A DNA stretch of 32,000 nucleotides from assembly GCF_042660085.1 (NCBI RefSeq), contig NZ_JBHSTI010000008.1, positions 2,205,604-2,237,603 of the forward strand. The letters are read 5' to 3'. This DNA comes from Longivirga aurantiaca (GTDB lineage Bacteria > Actinomycetota > Actinomycetes > S36-B12 > CAIYMF01). Under the pieces are notes generated by a model, which did no database searches, was not told the origin of the DNA, and saw only the letters and a list, made by a program, of their open reading frames with translations. The translations under genes were made by a program, and so were the position numbers. Shown piece by piece: positions 17,366 through 27,593 of this stretch (position 1 is the stretch's first letter; each line of letters begins with the position of its first letter).

Positions 17366-18982
17366 TCACGCCTCGACCCGGCCGAGCAGCGCGCGCGCCT
17401 CGGCAGCCGTGACGACGGACCCGGTGACGAGCACGCCCGCTCCCCCGCCGAGCTCGGCCGCTGCCTCGTCGGCCAGCTCGACGGCGACGTCGATCGCCTC
17501 CGACAGCCGGGCCGCCACGTGCACCCGCTCCTGCCCGAACACCTCGACCGCCAGGGCCGCGAGCTCGTCGGGGTCGACCGCACGGGGCGACGTCGACCGC
17601 GTGACGACCACCTCGGCGAGGATCGGCTCGAGCGCGATCAGCAGCCCGCGCGCGTCCTTGTCGGTGAGCACCGCCACGACGCCGATCAGGCGCGTGAACT
17701 CGAAGCCGTCGGCGATCGCGGAGGCGAGAGCCCGTGCGCCGTGCGGGTTGTGGGCCGCATCGACGACGACGGTCGGCCCGCGCCGCACCACCTCGAGCCG
17801 GCCGGGCGAGCTCACCGAGGCGAAGCCTGCGCGCACGAGCTCGGGGTCGAGGCTCTGCGCACCACCGCCGAGGAACGCCTCGACCGCGGCCAGCGCCACG
17901 GCGGCGTTCGACGCCTGGTGCTCGCCGAACAGCGGAAGGAAGATGTCGTCGTACAGCGCGCCCGGGCCCTGCAGCGCGAGCACCTGGCCGCCCACCGCCG
18001 GTGCACGGCTCACGACGCCGAACTCCACTCCCTCGCGCGCGACGGTGGCCCCGGCCTCGACGGTGCGGCGCAGCAGCACCTCCGCGGCCTCGAGGCCCTG
18101 GCGAGCGAGCACCACGGCCGCCTGGTCCTTGATGATCCCGGCCTTCTCGCCCGCGATCGTGGCGATGTCGGGGCCCAGGTACTCCTGGTGGTCGAGATCG
18201 ATCGGCGTGATCACGGCGACCGAGCCGTCGGCCACGTTGGTGGCGTCCCAGGTGCCGCCCATGCCGGTCTCGATCACGGCGACGTCGACGGGCGCGTCGG
18301 CGAAGGTCGCGAACGCCATCACCGTGAGCATCTCGAAGTACGACAGGCGCGGGCCGCCCAGCTCGACCGTGCGACGGTCGACGGCGTCGACGTACGGCGC
18401 GATGTCGTCGTGCACGGCCACGAAGCGCTCGAGGTCGACCGCCTCGCCGTCGAGCCGGATCCGCTCGCGGACCGAGTGCAGGTGCGGGCTCGTGGTGAGG
18501 CCGGTGCGCAGGCCGAAGGACCGCAGCAGCGACTCGATCATCCGCGCCGTCGACGTCTTGCCGTTGGTACCGGCCACGTGGATGACGGGATAGGCCTTCT
18601 GCGGGTCGCCGAGGATGTCGACGACGGCGCGCACCCGGTCGAGGCTCGGCTCGAGCTTCGACTCCGGCCAGCGGGTGGCGAGCTCTCGCTCGACCTCGAC
18701 GTACCGGGCGAGCAGCCCCGCGTGCGCGTCGTCGCCGAGCGGGGCGGCCGGGGCGTGCTCGTCGACCTCGCGCGCACCCCAGAGGTCGAGCTCGTCCTCG
18801 TCGATCGCGGCACCGAGGCCGGAGTCGTCCTCGTCGTCGACCACGATCGGGCCGCGCAGCTCGTCGCGCAGGCGCACCAGCTCGCGGTCGACGTCCTCCT
18901 CGGTCTCCTCGGGGAGGTCGTCGTCCTGGTCCGCGGCGTCGGCGAAGTACGGGTCGTCGTCGTTCTCGTCACGGGGTGCCAC
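17366..18982 (-). CDS. folC: Bifunctional folylpolyglutamate synthase/dihydrofolate synthase, with acidic N-terminal extension
   Basis: VIHVAGTNGKTSTARMIESLLRSFGLRTGLTTSPHLHSVRERI, AVIETGMGGTWDATNV, DAAHNPHGARALASA. GTG at 18982 chosen because the track start (19168) overlaps the divergent valS. Confidence 0.93.
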   Translation of the reverse strand: MAPRDENDDDPYFADAADQDDDLPEETEEDVDRELVRLRDELRGPIVVDDEDDSGLGAAIDEDELDLWGAREVDEHAPAAPLGDDAHAGLLARYVEVERELATRWPESKLEPSLDRVRAVVDILGDPQKAYPVIHVAGTNGKTSTARMIESLLRSFGLRTGLTTSPHLHSVRERIRLDGEAVDLERFVAVHDDIAPYVDAVDRRTVELGGPRLSYFEMLTVMAFATFADAPVDVAVIETGMGGTWDATNVADGSVAVITPIDLDHQEYLGPDIATIAGEKAGIIKDQAAVVLARQGLEAAEVLLRRTVEAGATVAREGVEFGVVSRAPAVGGQVLALQGPGALYDDIFLPLFGEHQASNAAVALAAVEAFLGGGAQSLDPELVRAGFASVSSPGRLEVVRRGPTVVVDAAHNPHGARALASAIADGFEFTRLIGVVAVLTDKDARGLLIALEPILAEVVVTRSTSPRAVDPDELAALAVEVFGQERVHVAARLSEAIDVAVELADEAAAELGGGAGVLVTGSVVTAAEARALLGRVEA

Positions 18983-19073
18983 GAGCCGAGAGCCTACGGC
19001 CCGCCGGACCCCTCGGCCGCCGGGCGGGAACGCGGTCGGAGACACCCCCGGACGTTCCCTAGGATTACCGGCC

Positions 19074-21641
19074 ATGAGCACCCCTGCGCACGACACGCGC
19101 GTCCCGGAGAAGCCGACCGTTGACGGCCTCGAGGACCGCTGGGCGGGCGTATGGGACGAGCGGGGCACCTACCGCTTCGACCGCAGCAAGGTCCGCGAGC
19201 AGATCTACTCGATCGACACCCCGCCGCCCACGGTCAGCGGGTCGCTGCATGTCGGTCACGTGTTCTCGTACACGCACACCGACTGCATCGCGCGCTACCA
19301 GCGCATGCGGGGCCTCGAGGTCTTCTACCCGATGGGCTGGGACGACAACGGCCTCCCGACCGAGCGCCGGGTGCAGAACTACTTCGGCGTGCGCTGCGAC
19401 CCGTCGCTCCCGTACGTCGACGGCTACGAGCCGCCGGAGAAGCCCGGCAAGGACCAGGTGCCGATCTCGCGCCGCAACTTCGTCGAGCTGTGCGAGCGCC
19501 TGACGATCGAGGACGAGAAGGTGTTCGAGGAGCTCTGGCGCCGGCTCGGCCTGTCGGTCGACTGGGACCAGAAGTACCAGACCATCGACCGCAACGCGCA
19601 GAGCACGAGCCAGCGCGCCTTCCTGCGCAACCTCGCCCGCGGCGAGGCCTACCAGGCCGAGGCACCGACGCTCTGGGACGTCACCTTCCGCACCGCGGTG
19701 GCCCAGGCCGAGCTCGAGGACCGCGAGCGCGAGGGCAAGTACTACCGCGTGGGCTTCCCCGCGGCCGGCGGCAGCCGCGTGTTCATCGAGACGACGCGGC
19801 CCGAGCTCCTCGCCGCATGCGTGGCGCTCGTGGCGCACCCGGACGACGAGCGCTACCAGCCGCTGTTCGGCAGCTCGGTCACGACGCCGATCTTCGGCGT
19901 CGAGGTGCCGGTGCTGGCGCACCACCTGGCCGACCCCGAGAAGGGGTCCGGCATCGCGATGATCTGCACCTTCGGCGACACCACCGACGTCACGTGGTGG
20001 CGCGAGCTGCAGCTGTCGACCCGCCCGATCATCGGCTGGGACGGCCGGATCCTGCCCGAGACGCCGGAGTGGATCACGACCGACGCCGGCCGCGAGCTGT
20101 ACGCCGCCATCGCCGGCGCCACGTCGTTCACGGCGAAGGAGCGGATGGTCGAGGCGCTCGACGCCGCCGGCTTCACCGAGGGCGAGCCGCGCCCGACGGT
20201 GCAGCAGGTGAAGTTCTTCGAGAAGGGCGACAAGCCGCTCGAGATCGTCACCACGCGCCAGTGGTACATCCGCAACGGCGGCCGCGAGGCCGACCTGCGC
20301 CAGCGCCTCGTCGAGCGCGGCTCCGAGCTGCAGTGGCACCCGCCGTACATGCAGGCCCGCTACACCTCGTGGGTCGAGGGCCTCAACGGCGACTGGCTCA
20401 TCTCGCGCCAGCGCTTCTTCGGCGTGCCCGTGCCCGTCTGGTACCGCCTCGACGAGCACGGCCTGCCGGACTACGGCCAGCTGCTGCTGCCGCGCGAGGA
20501 CCAGCTGCCGGTCGACCCGTCGTCGCAGGCCCCCGACGGCTTCGACGAGGGCCAGCGCGGCGAGCCGGGCGGCTTCATGGGCGACCCCGACATCATGGAC
20601 ACCTGGGCCACCTCGTCCCTCTCGCCGCAGATCGCCGGCGGCTGGGCCTACGACGAGGACCTCTGGCCGCGCCTCTGGCCGTTCGACCTCCGCCCGCAGG
20701 CGCACGAGATCATCCGCACCTGGCTGTTCTCCTCGGTCGTGCGCGCCCACCTCGAGGACGACGTGCTCCCCTGGAAGCACGCGGCGATCAGCGGCTGGAT
20801 CCTCGACCCCGACCGCAAGAAGATGGCGAAGTCCAAGGGCAACGTCGTGACCCCGGGGCACCTCCTCGACCAGCACGGCGCGGACGCAGTGCGCTACTGG
20901 GCGGCCTCGGGCCGGCCCGGCACCGACACCGCGTTCGACGAGGGCCAGATGAAGATCGGCCGCCGTCTCGCCATCAAGATCCTCAACGTCTCCAAGTTCG
21001 TGCTCGGGCTCGGCGCCGCGCTCCCGACCGAGGCGTCGGTGATCACCGACCCGCTCGACCGCGCGATGCTCGCCCAGCTGGCGGACGTCGTCCGCGATGC
21101 GACGGCGGCGTACGACGACTACAACTACGCGCGCGCCCTCGAGCTCGCCGAGCAGTTCTTCTGGTCGTTCTGCGACGACCACGTCGAGCTCGTGAAGGAC
21201 CGTGCGTACGGCGGCCGCGGCCACGAGGGTGCCGCGTCGGCGAAGGCCGCGCTCGCCCTCGCGCTGTCGGTGCAGCTGCGCCTGTTCGCGCCCGTGCTGC
21301 CGTTCGTGACCGAGGAGGTGTGGTCGTGGTGGCTGGACGGCAGCGTCCACCGCGCCGCCTGGCCCACCCTCGACGAGCTCGCGGGCACCACCGGCGACTC
21401 CGCGATGGTGGCCGACGTCGCCCAGGCCCTCTCGGGAATCCGCAAGGCCAAGAGCGAGGCGAAGGCGTCGATGCGCGCCGACGTCGAGCGCGCGACCGTG
21501 TCCGCGCCGGCGGGTGCCGCCGACAGGCTCCGGCTCGCGGCGGGAGACCTCGCGGCGGCCGGCCGGGTCGCGGCGTTCGACGTGGTGGAGGCCGACGGAC
21601 CGATCGGCGTCGAGGTCGTCCTCGCCCCGGTGGCGGAGTAG
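19074..21641 (+). CDS. valS: Valine--tRNA ligase
   Basis: Starts MSTPAHDTRVPEKPTVDGLEDRW. TPPPTVSGSLHVGHVFSYTHTDCIARYQRMRG (HVGH), PMGWDDNGLPTERRVQNYFGVRCDPS, DRKKMAKSKGNVVTP. Track start at 18615 is upstream extension. Confidence 0.97.
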   Translation: MSTPAHDTRVPEKPTVDGLEDRWAGVWDERGTYRFDRSKVREQIYSIDTPPPTVSGSLHVGHVFSYTHTDCIARYQRMRGLEVFYPMGWDDNGLPTERRVQNYFGVRCDPSLPYVDGYEPPEKPGKDQVPISRRNFVELCERLTIEDEKVFEELWRRLGLSVDWDQKYQTIDRNAQSTSQRAFLRNLARGEAYQAEAPTLWDVTFRTAVAQAELEDREREGKYYRVGFPAAGGSRVFIETTRPELLAACVALVAHPDDERYQPLFGSSVTTPIFGVEVPVLAHHLADPEKGSGIAMICTFGDTTDVTWWRELQLSTRPIIGWDGRILPETPEWITTDAGRELYAAIAGATSFTAKERMVEALDAAGFTEGEPRPTVQQVKFFEKGDKPLEIVTTRQWYIRNGGREADLRQRLVERGSELQWHPPYMQARYTSWVEGLNGDWLISRQRFFGVPVPVWYRLDEHGLPDYGQLLLPREDQLPVDPSSQAPDGFDEGQRGEPGGFMGDPDIMDTWATSSLSPQIAGGWAYDEDLWPRLWPFDLRPQAHEIIRTWLFSSVVRAHLEDDVLPWKHAAISGWILDPDRKKMAKSKGNVVTPGHLLDQHGADAVRYWAASGRPGTDTAFDEGQMKIGRRLAIKILNVSKFVLGLGAALPTEASVITDPLDRAMLAQLADVVRDATAAYDDYNYARALELAEQFFWSFCDDHVELVKDRAYGGRGHEGAASAKAALALALSVQLRLFAPVLPFVTEEVWSWWLDGSVHRAAWPTLDELAGTTGDSAMVADVAQALSGIRKAKSEAKASMRADVERATVSAPAGAADRLRLAAGDLAAAGRVAAFDVVEADGPIGVEVVLAPVAE

Positions 21642-21689
21642 GGGCGGCACGCCGGCCCGCCGCGAGCGCCCCGGCGCTACCGTGACGGC

Positions 21690-22604
21690 GTGACGTTCCC
21701 CGAGCAGGACGAGCCGTTTCAGCACGGATCCACGGTGCTGCCCGGTGTCCCGCTGCCCGCGAGCGCGCACCCGCACGCTCCGGTCGCGCCTCCCCCGCCG
21801 TCGTCCGCGCCCCGCGTCGACCTCGCTCCGCCCGTGGACGAGCCCCGCGTCGACCTGCCTTCGCCCGTGGCCGAGCCCCCGACGCCGACGACCGACCCCG
21901 CTCCCCCGTCCGCCGGTCCCGCCGCGGGAGACATCGAGCCCGCTGCCCTGCCGCCTCGCGGCCGGCACGCGGCACCGGCGCCGCCCGCCACGCCCGCTCG
22001 CGGCGGTTCGCGCCTGCTGGTGCTCGCCGTGATCGGGCTCCTCGTGGTGCTCGTGGCGGTCGCTGCGTTCGTGTGGCCCGGGTTCCTGACCGCTTCCGAC
22101 GACGGCGAGGCCGCCGGCTCCCCCACGGCGTCACCGTCCGTCAGCGCCCTGGCGGTGTCGCTCTCCACACCCGACCGGATCGACGGGATGCGCCGGTTCG
22201 CCGGTGCCGCCGACAAGGCGCTCGACGCCTCGGTGGCGAAGGCCTCGGTCGCAGGCCTCACCGACCCGGTCAGCGCCGTCTACGGCAGGGGGACGGCGCC
22301 GCTCGTGCAGGTGATCGCGTGGAAGGCCGTCTCGCCGCCGGCCGAGGACACCGTGACCGCTGCCTTCACCGGCTTCGAGGGATCGACCGGCGCCAAGGTC
22401 ACAGCCGTGCGCGAGGTCGCGGTGCCGGACCGGGGTGGGCACATGGAGTGCGGGCTCGCGACGGTCGAGAAGGCAAGGACGCTGCAGTGCTTCTGGGCCG
22501 ACGACGCGTCGTTCGGCGCGGTCACGGTGCTGTCGGCGTCGGACCGTCAGAAGGCGACGTCGACGGCGGTCGCCGTACGGACCGCGGTGGAGCAGACCGG
22601 CTAG
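21690..22604 (+). CDS. Hypothetical proline-rich, single-TM protein
   Basis: 304 aa: P/A/V-rich N-terminus with a repeated PRVDL(x)PPV motif, TM segment RLLVLAVIGLLVVLVAVAAFVWPGFL, then a soluble C-terminal domain with two Cys. GTG start. Confidence 0.75.
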   Translation: MTFPEQDEPFQHGSTVLPGVPLPASAHPHAPVAPPPPSSAPRVDLAPPVDEPRVDLPSPVAEPPTPTTDPAPPSAGPAAGDIEPAALPPRGRHAAPAPPATPARGGSRLLVLAVIGLLVVLVAVAAFVWPGFLTASDDGEAAGSPTASPSVSALAVSLSTPDRIDGMRRFAGAADKALDASVAKASVAGLTDPVSAVYGRGTAPLVQVIAWKAVSPPAEDTVTAAFTGFEGSTGAKVTAVREVAVPDRGGHMECGLATVEKARTLQCFWADDASFGAVTVLSASDRQKATSTAVAVRTAVEQTG

Positions 22605-22609
22605 GTCGG

Positions 22610-23896
<1,287 letters not shown>

Positions 23897-24027
23897 GTGT
23901 CCTCCTCGGGTTCGTGCGGGAAGAGCGGGTGCGCACCTCGCGCCCCTTCGGTGCCGACGGTACCCCGTCGCGTCCCCCGACACGTGCCCGGAGACACGCG
24001 CGGCGGACCCTTTATGCCGACAGCGCA

Positions 24028-24058
24028 ACGCCCGCCCGACGGGGGGTCGGGCGGGCGT
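24028..24058 (-). terminator. Hairpin between clpP2 and clpX
   Basis: ACGCCCGCCCGAC - GGGGG - GTCGGGCGGGCGT, 13-bp perfect stem. Confidence 0.65.
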
Positions 24059-24105
24059 CGTCGCTGGTCAGGGCCCTGCAGGACCTGGTGGAGCGGGTCG
24101 ACGGG

Positions 24106-24753
24106 TCAGACGACAGCGGCCTTGCGGCTCGGGATCACCGAGTCGACGATGCCGTACTCCACGGCCTCGTCGGCCGTGAGGATCTTGTCGCGCTCGATGT
24201 CCTTCTTGACCTGCTCCGGGTCGCGCCCGGTGTGCTTGGCGAGGATCGCCTCCATCGCCGTACGCATGCGCAGGAGCTCGTTGGCCTGGATCTCGATGTC
24301 CGTGCCCTGCCCGCCGCCCTCGGTGTAGGGCTGGTGGATGAGGACGCGGGAGTTCGGCAGTGCGTAGCGCTTGCCCGGGGTGCCGGCGCCGAGCAGCACG
24401 GCCGCGGCCGAGGCGGCCTGGCCGAGGCACACGGTGGTGATCTGCGGCTTGACGAACTGCATCGTGTCGTAGATCGCCGTCATGGCGGTGTACGAGCCGC
24501 CGGGCGAGTTGATGTAGATGCTGATGTCGCGGTCGGGGTCCATCGACTCGAGGCACAGCAGCTGCGCCATGACGTCGTCGGCGCTCGCGTCGTCGATCTG
24601 CACGCCGAGGAAGACGATCCGCTCCTCGAAGAGCTTGGAGTACGGGTCGTAGCGCTTGTAGCCCTGGGGCGAGCGCTCCTCGAACTGCGGCAGGACGTAG
24701 CGCGCCTGCGGGCCGGGGGCCGTGATGCCCGACGGGGTGAACAACTGGCTCAT
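24106..24753 (-). CDS. clpP2: ATP-dependent Clp protease proteolytic subunit (ClpP2-type)
   Basis: 215 aa: [92 protein letters not shown]. Confidence 0.96.
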   Translation of the reverse strand: MSQLFTPSGITAPGPQARYVLPQFEERSPQGYKRYDPYSKLFEERIVFLGVQIDDASADDVMAQLLCLESMDPDRDISIYINSPGGSYTAMTAIYDTMQFVKPQITTVCLGQAASAAAVLLGAGTPGKRYALPNSRVLIHQPYTEGGGQGTDIEIQANELLRMRTAMEAILAKHTGRDPEQVKKDIERDKILTADEAVEYGIVDSVIPSRKAAVV

Positions 24754-24784
24754 GTCGTAAGTCTCCGTATCCGTCGGTCGCTGA

Positions 24785-25399
24785 TCAGGCCGTGCCGCCG
24801 CCGCCGGAGACGTCCTGTGCGGACGTCACGACGTGGTCGACGATGCCGTAGTCCTTGGCCTCGTCCGCGGAGAACCACTTCTCCCACTCGGAGTCCTCGA
24901 TGATGCGGTCGACGGGCTGTCCGGAGTGGTGCGCGATGAGCTCGGCCATCTGGCGCTTGATGAGCAGCATCTGCTCGGCCTGCTTCTGCACGAGGCTCTG
25001 GACGCCGCCGAGGCCGCCGAGCGGCTGGTGCATCATCACGCGGGCGTGCTTGAGGGCGTAGCGCTTGCCGGGGGCGCCGGCGGTGAGCAGGAACTGCCCC
25101 ATCGACGCGCACATGCCGAGGCCCACGGTGGCGACGTCGTTCTGGACGAACTGCATCGTGTCGTAGATCGCCATGCCCGCCGAGACGCTGCCGCCGGGCG
25201 AGTTCACGTAGAGGTAGATGTCCTTCTCCGGGTCCTCGGCGGACAGGAGCAGGAGCTGGCGGACGATGTCGTTGGCCATCTCGTCGCGGACCTCGCCCTC
25301 GAGGAAGAGGATCCGCTCACGGAGCAGGCGCTCCTTGATCGAGTCGCCGTAGCCGGTCACGCCAGCGCCAGGGCCTCGATCGGTCCAGGTACCGCTCAC
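24785..25399 (-). CDS. clpP1: ATP-dependent Clp protease proteolytic subunit (ClpP1-type)
   Basis: [82 protein letters not shown] at 25399 preceded by GGAGGA. The longer track start (25483) lies within the terminator hairpin. Confidence 0.96.
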   Translation of the reverse strand: MSGTWTDRGPGAGVTGYGDSIKERLLRERILFLEGEVRDEMANDIVRQLLLLSAEDPEKDIYLYVNSPGGSVSAGMAIYDTMQFVQNDVATVGLGMCASMGQFLLTAGAPGKRYALKHARVMMHQPLGGLGGVQSLVQKQAEQMLLIKRQMAELIAHHSGQPVDRIIEDSEWEKWFSADEAKDYGIVDHVVTSAQDVSGGGGTA

Positions 25400-25458
25400 G
25401 GTGGTCCTCCCAGGTAAGTCCGCGTCGTACGTCGTCGCGTGCTCGACCCTAACGACGA

Positions 25459-25492
25459 AACACCCCCGTGCCATCCCAGGCACGGGGGTGTT
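25459..25492 (-). terminator. Terminator downstream of tig
   Basis: AACACCCCCGTGCC - ATCCCA - GGCACGGGGGTGTT, 14-bp perfect stem. On the minus strand it is followed by TTTCGTCGTT-like T-rich sequence. Confidence 0.85.
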
Positions 25493-25535
25493 CGCCGTAG
25501 GCGTGACGCGGGCCGCTCAGGGTGACCCGGGCGGG

Positions 25536-26855
25536 TCAGTGGTGGTGACCCTCGTGGTCGTCGTGGTCGTGGATCTCGGGGACGCCGGCCGTGCCGAGGT
25601 CGTTGAGGGCCGAGAGGTCGATGACCGTTCCCTCGGTGTCGACGATGCGCGCGTGCTCGAGCACGTGGGCGAGCGCCTTGCTGCGGCGCACCTCGGCCAC
25701 GGCCGCGGGCACCTGGCCGGCGTTGACGAGCTCCTGGGCGAACTGGTCGGGAGTCATGCCGTAGCGGGGCGCCTGCTGCACGAGCCAGGACGAGAGCTCG
25801 GCCTCGGAGACCGCGAGCTCCTCCTGCTCGGCGATCTTGTCCAGGATGAGCTGGCTCTTGAGGCCGTCGCGGGTCTGGGTCTCGACCTCGGTGCGGTGGT
25901 CGTCGTCGCCGTGCCCGTCGACGAAGTGCTCCGCGACCTGCTGCGTGACGGCGCCCTCGGGCACCGGCACCTCGGTCGCGGCCAGGAGGGCTGCGGCGAC
26001 CTTCTCGCGGGCGGCGTAGCCCTGCTCGAGGAGCTTGACGCGGCCGAGGCGCTCGCGGAGGTCGTCCTTGAGCTCGTCGATGGTGTCGAACTCCGACGCG
26101 AGCTGGGCGAAGTCGTCGTCCGCCGCCGGGAGCTCGCGCTCGCGGACGGTCGTGATCGTGACGGTGACGCTGATGTCCTTGCCCTCGAACTCGCCGCCCT
26201 CGGGGGTGAACGAGAACGTGCGCTCGTCGCCGGCGCTCGCGCCCTCGACGGCCTCGTCGAAGCCGGGGAGCATCCCGCCGGTGCCGACCTCGTACGACAT
26301 GGCGCTCGCGTCGAGGTCCTCGACCGACTCGCCGTCGAGCTGGCCGGCGAGGTCGAACAGGATCACGTCGCCGGTCGTCGCGGCGCGCTCGACGGTCTTG
26401 AGCGAGCCGAAGCGGCTGCGCAGGCCCGTGAGCTGGGAGTCGATGTCCTCCTCGGAGACGACGGCCGGGTCGACGACGACCTCGATGCTGTCGTACGCCG
26501 GCAGGTCGAACTCCGGGACGACGTCCATCTCGGCCGTGTACGAGAGCGGGGCGGCGTCCTCGAACGTCTGGACGTCGACCTCGGGGCGACCGAGCAGCTT
26601 GATGTCGTTCTCGCGGAGCGCGGCGTCGAGGCTCTCGTTGATCGCGTCGTTGACCGCCTCGTCGAGGACGGCGGCACGGCCGACGCGCTGGTCGATGACG
26701 CGGTTCGGGACCTTGCCCTTGCGGAACCCTGGCACCGAGATCTGCGCGGCGATGCGCTTGTACGCGGCGTCGAGCGAGGGCTTGAGCTCCTCGAACGGCA
26801 CCTCGACGGTGAGCTTCACCCGGGTGGGCGACAGGGTCTCGACGGCGCTCTTCAC
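25536..26855 (-). CDS. tig: Trigger factor (peptidyl-prolyl isomerase chaperone)
   Basis: 439 aa: MKSAVETLSPTRVKLTVEVPFEELKPSLDAAYKRIAAQISVPGFRKGKVPNRVIDQRVGR..., FKBP-like region, C-terminal His-rich tail HDHDDHEGHHH. Confidence 0.98.
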   Translation of the reverse strand: MKSAVETLSPTRVKLTVEVPFEELKPSLDAAYKRIAAQISVPGFRKGKVPNRVIDQRVGRAAVLDEAVNDAINESLDAALRENDIKLLGRPEVDVQTFEDAAPLSYTAEMDVVPEFDLPAYDSIEVVVDPAVVSEEDIDSQLTGLRSRFGSLKTVERAATTGDVILFDLAGQLDGESVEDLDASAMSYEVGTGGMLPGFDEAVEGASAGDERTFSFTPEGGEFEGKDISVTVTITTVRERELPAADDDFAQLASEFDTIDELKDDLRERLGRVKLLEQGYAAREKVAAALLAATEVPVPEGAVTQQVAEHFVDGHGDDDHRTEVETQTRDGLKSQLILDKIAEQEELAVSEAELSSWLVQQAPRYGMTPDQFAQELVNAGQVPAAVAEVRRSKALAHVLEHARIVDTEGTVIDLSALNDLGTAGVPEIHDHDDHEGHHH

Positions 26856-26988
26856 GTGGATCGGTGCTCCTGGGTCGGTACGTGCCGGACCGCGTCGTGC
26901 GGCCCGCCGGGGATCGTGCGGGAGGGTGGTGCGGGGCTGGTGCGGGGCTGGTGCGGGTCTGTCTCAGCGTGCGGGCCGGGGCCCTGGC

Positions 26989-27064
26989 TGGTCGGGGCGG
27001 GGAGACTCGAACTCCCGATCTCCTGCCCCCAAAGCAGGCGCGCTAGCCACTACGCTACGCCCCG
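26989..27064 (-). tRNA. tRNA-Pro (anticodon TGG), CCA encoded
   Basis: CGGGGCG-TA-GCGT-AGTGGCTA-GCGC-G-CCTGC-TTTGGGG-GCAGG-AGATC-GGGAG-TTCGAGT-CTCCC-CGCCCCG-A-CCA. All four arms pair (one G-T in the D stem). Confidence 0.97.
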
Positions 27065-27198
27065 CGTGGCGGCCTCGATCCTACGGGACGGCGAGGCACG
27101 GTCCGACCGCCCCGCCCGCGGCTCGGGCAAGGCGCGCGGCGCGCACGGATCGGGCCGGTCCGCTCCTGTGGAATCATGGTCACCGCGGTCCGCCGCAC

Positions 27199-27269
27199 GC
27201 GGGTGTAGCTCAATGGCAGAGCCCCAGCCTTCCAAGCTGGCCATGCCGGTTCGATCCCGGTCACCCGCT
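27199..27269 (+). tRNA. tRNA-Gly (anticodon TCC), CCA not encoded
   Basis: GCGGGTG-TA-GCTC-AATGGCA-GAGC-C-CCAGC-CTTCCAA-GCTGG-CCAT-GCCGG-TTCGATC-CCGGT-CACCCGC-T. Followed by CCG. Confidence 0.97.
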
Positions 27270-27274
27270 CCGCT

Positions 27275-27321
27275 CGATGGCCCTGTCCCCGCCGGCGAAG
27301 CCGGCCAGGACGGGGCCATCG
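27275..27321 (+). terminator. Large hairpin immediately downstream of tRNA-Gly
   Basis: CGATGGCCCTGTCC ... GCCGGC-GAA-GCCGGC ... GGACGGGGCCATCG: 14-bp outer stem with one U-G wobble, and 6-bp inner stem with GAA loop. Confidence 0.75.
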
Positions 27322-27437
27322 TCGCTCCGCGGGTGGACGGGATCGGGAGGAACCCGACGCACCACCCACGACCCACCGCGCCGAAGGCGCCCCCTGGTCG
27401 TCCCCTGTGCCCCACCGAGACGGACCCGGTCACCCGC

Positions 27438-27525
27438 CCCAGGAACCACGTGCGACCGTTCCCGGCACCGCGAGCGCGCCCACCCACCGCGACCCAGAAC
27501 CGCGTGCCACCGTTCCCGGCACCCG
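27438..27525. repeat. Imperfect direct repeat pair, about 33 nt, in the spacer upstream of the PPTase gene
   Basis: cccaggaaccacgtgcgaccgttcccggcaccg (27438-27470) versus cccagaaccgcgtgccaccgttcccggcacccg (27493-27525). Confidence 0.6.
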
Positions 27526-27593
27526 TGAAGGGTGGAGAAGTCCACCAAGTAGCAGCGAAGGCCCCCTCCATCGCGATCCAGCAGACTGGGCGG

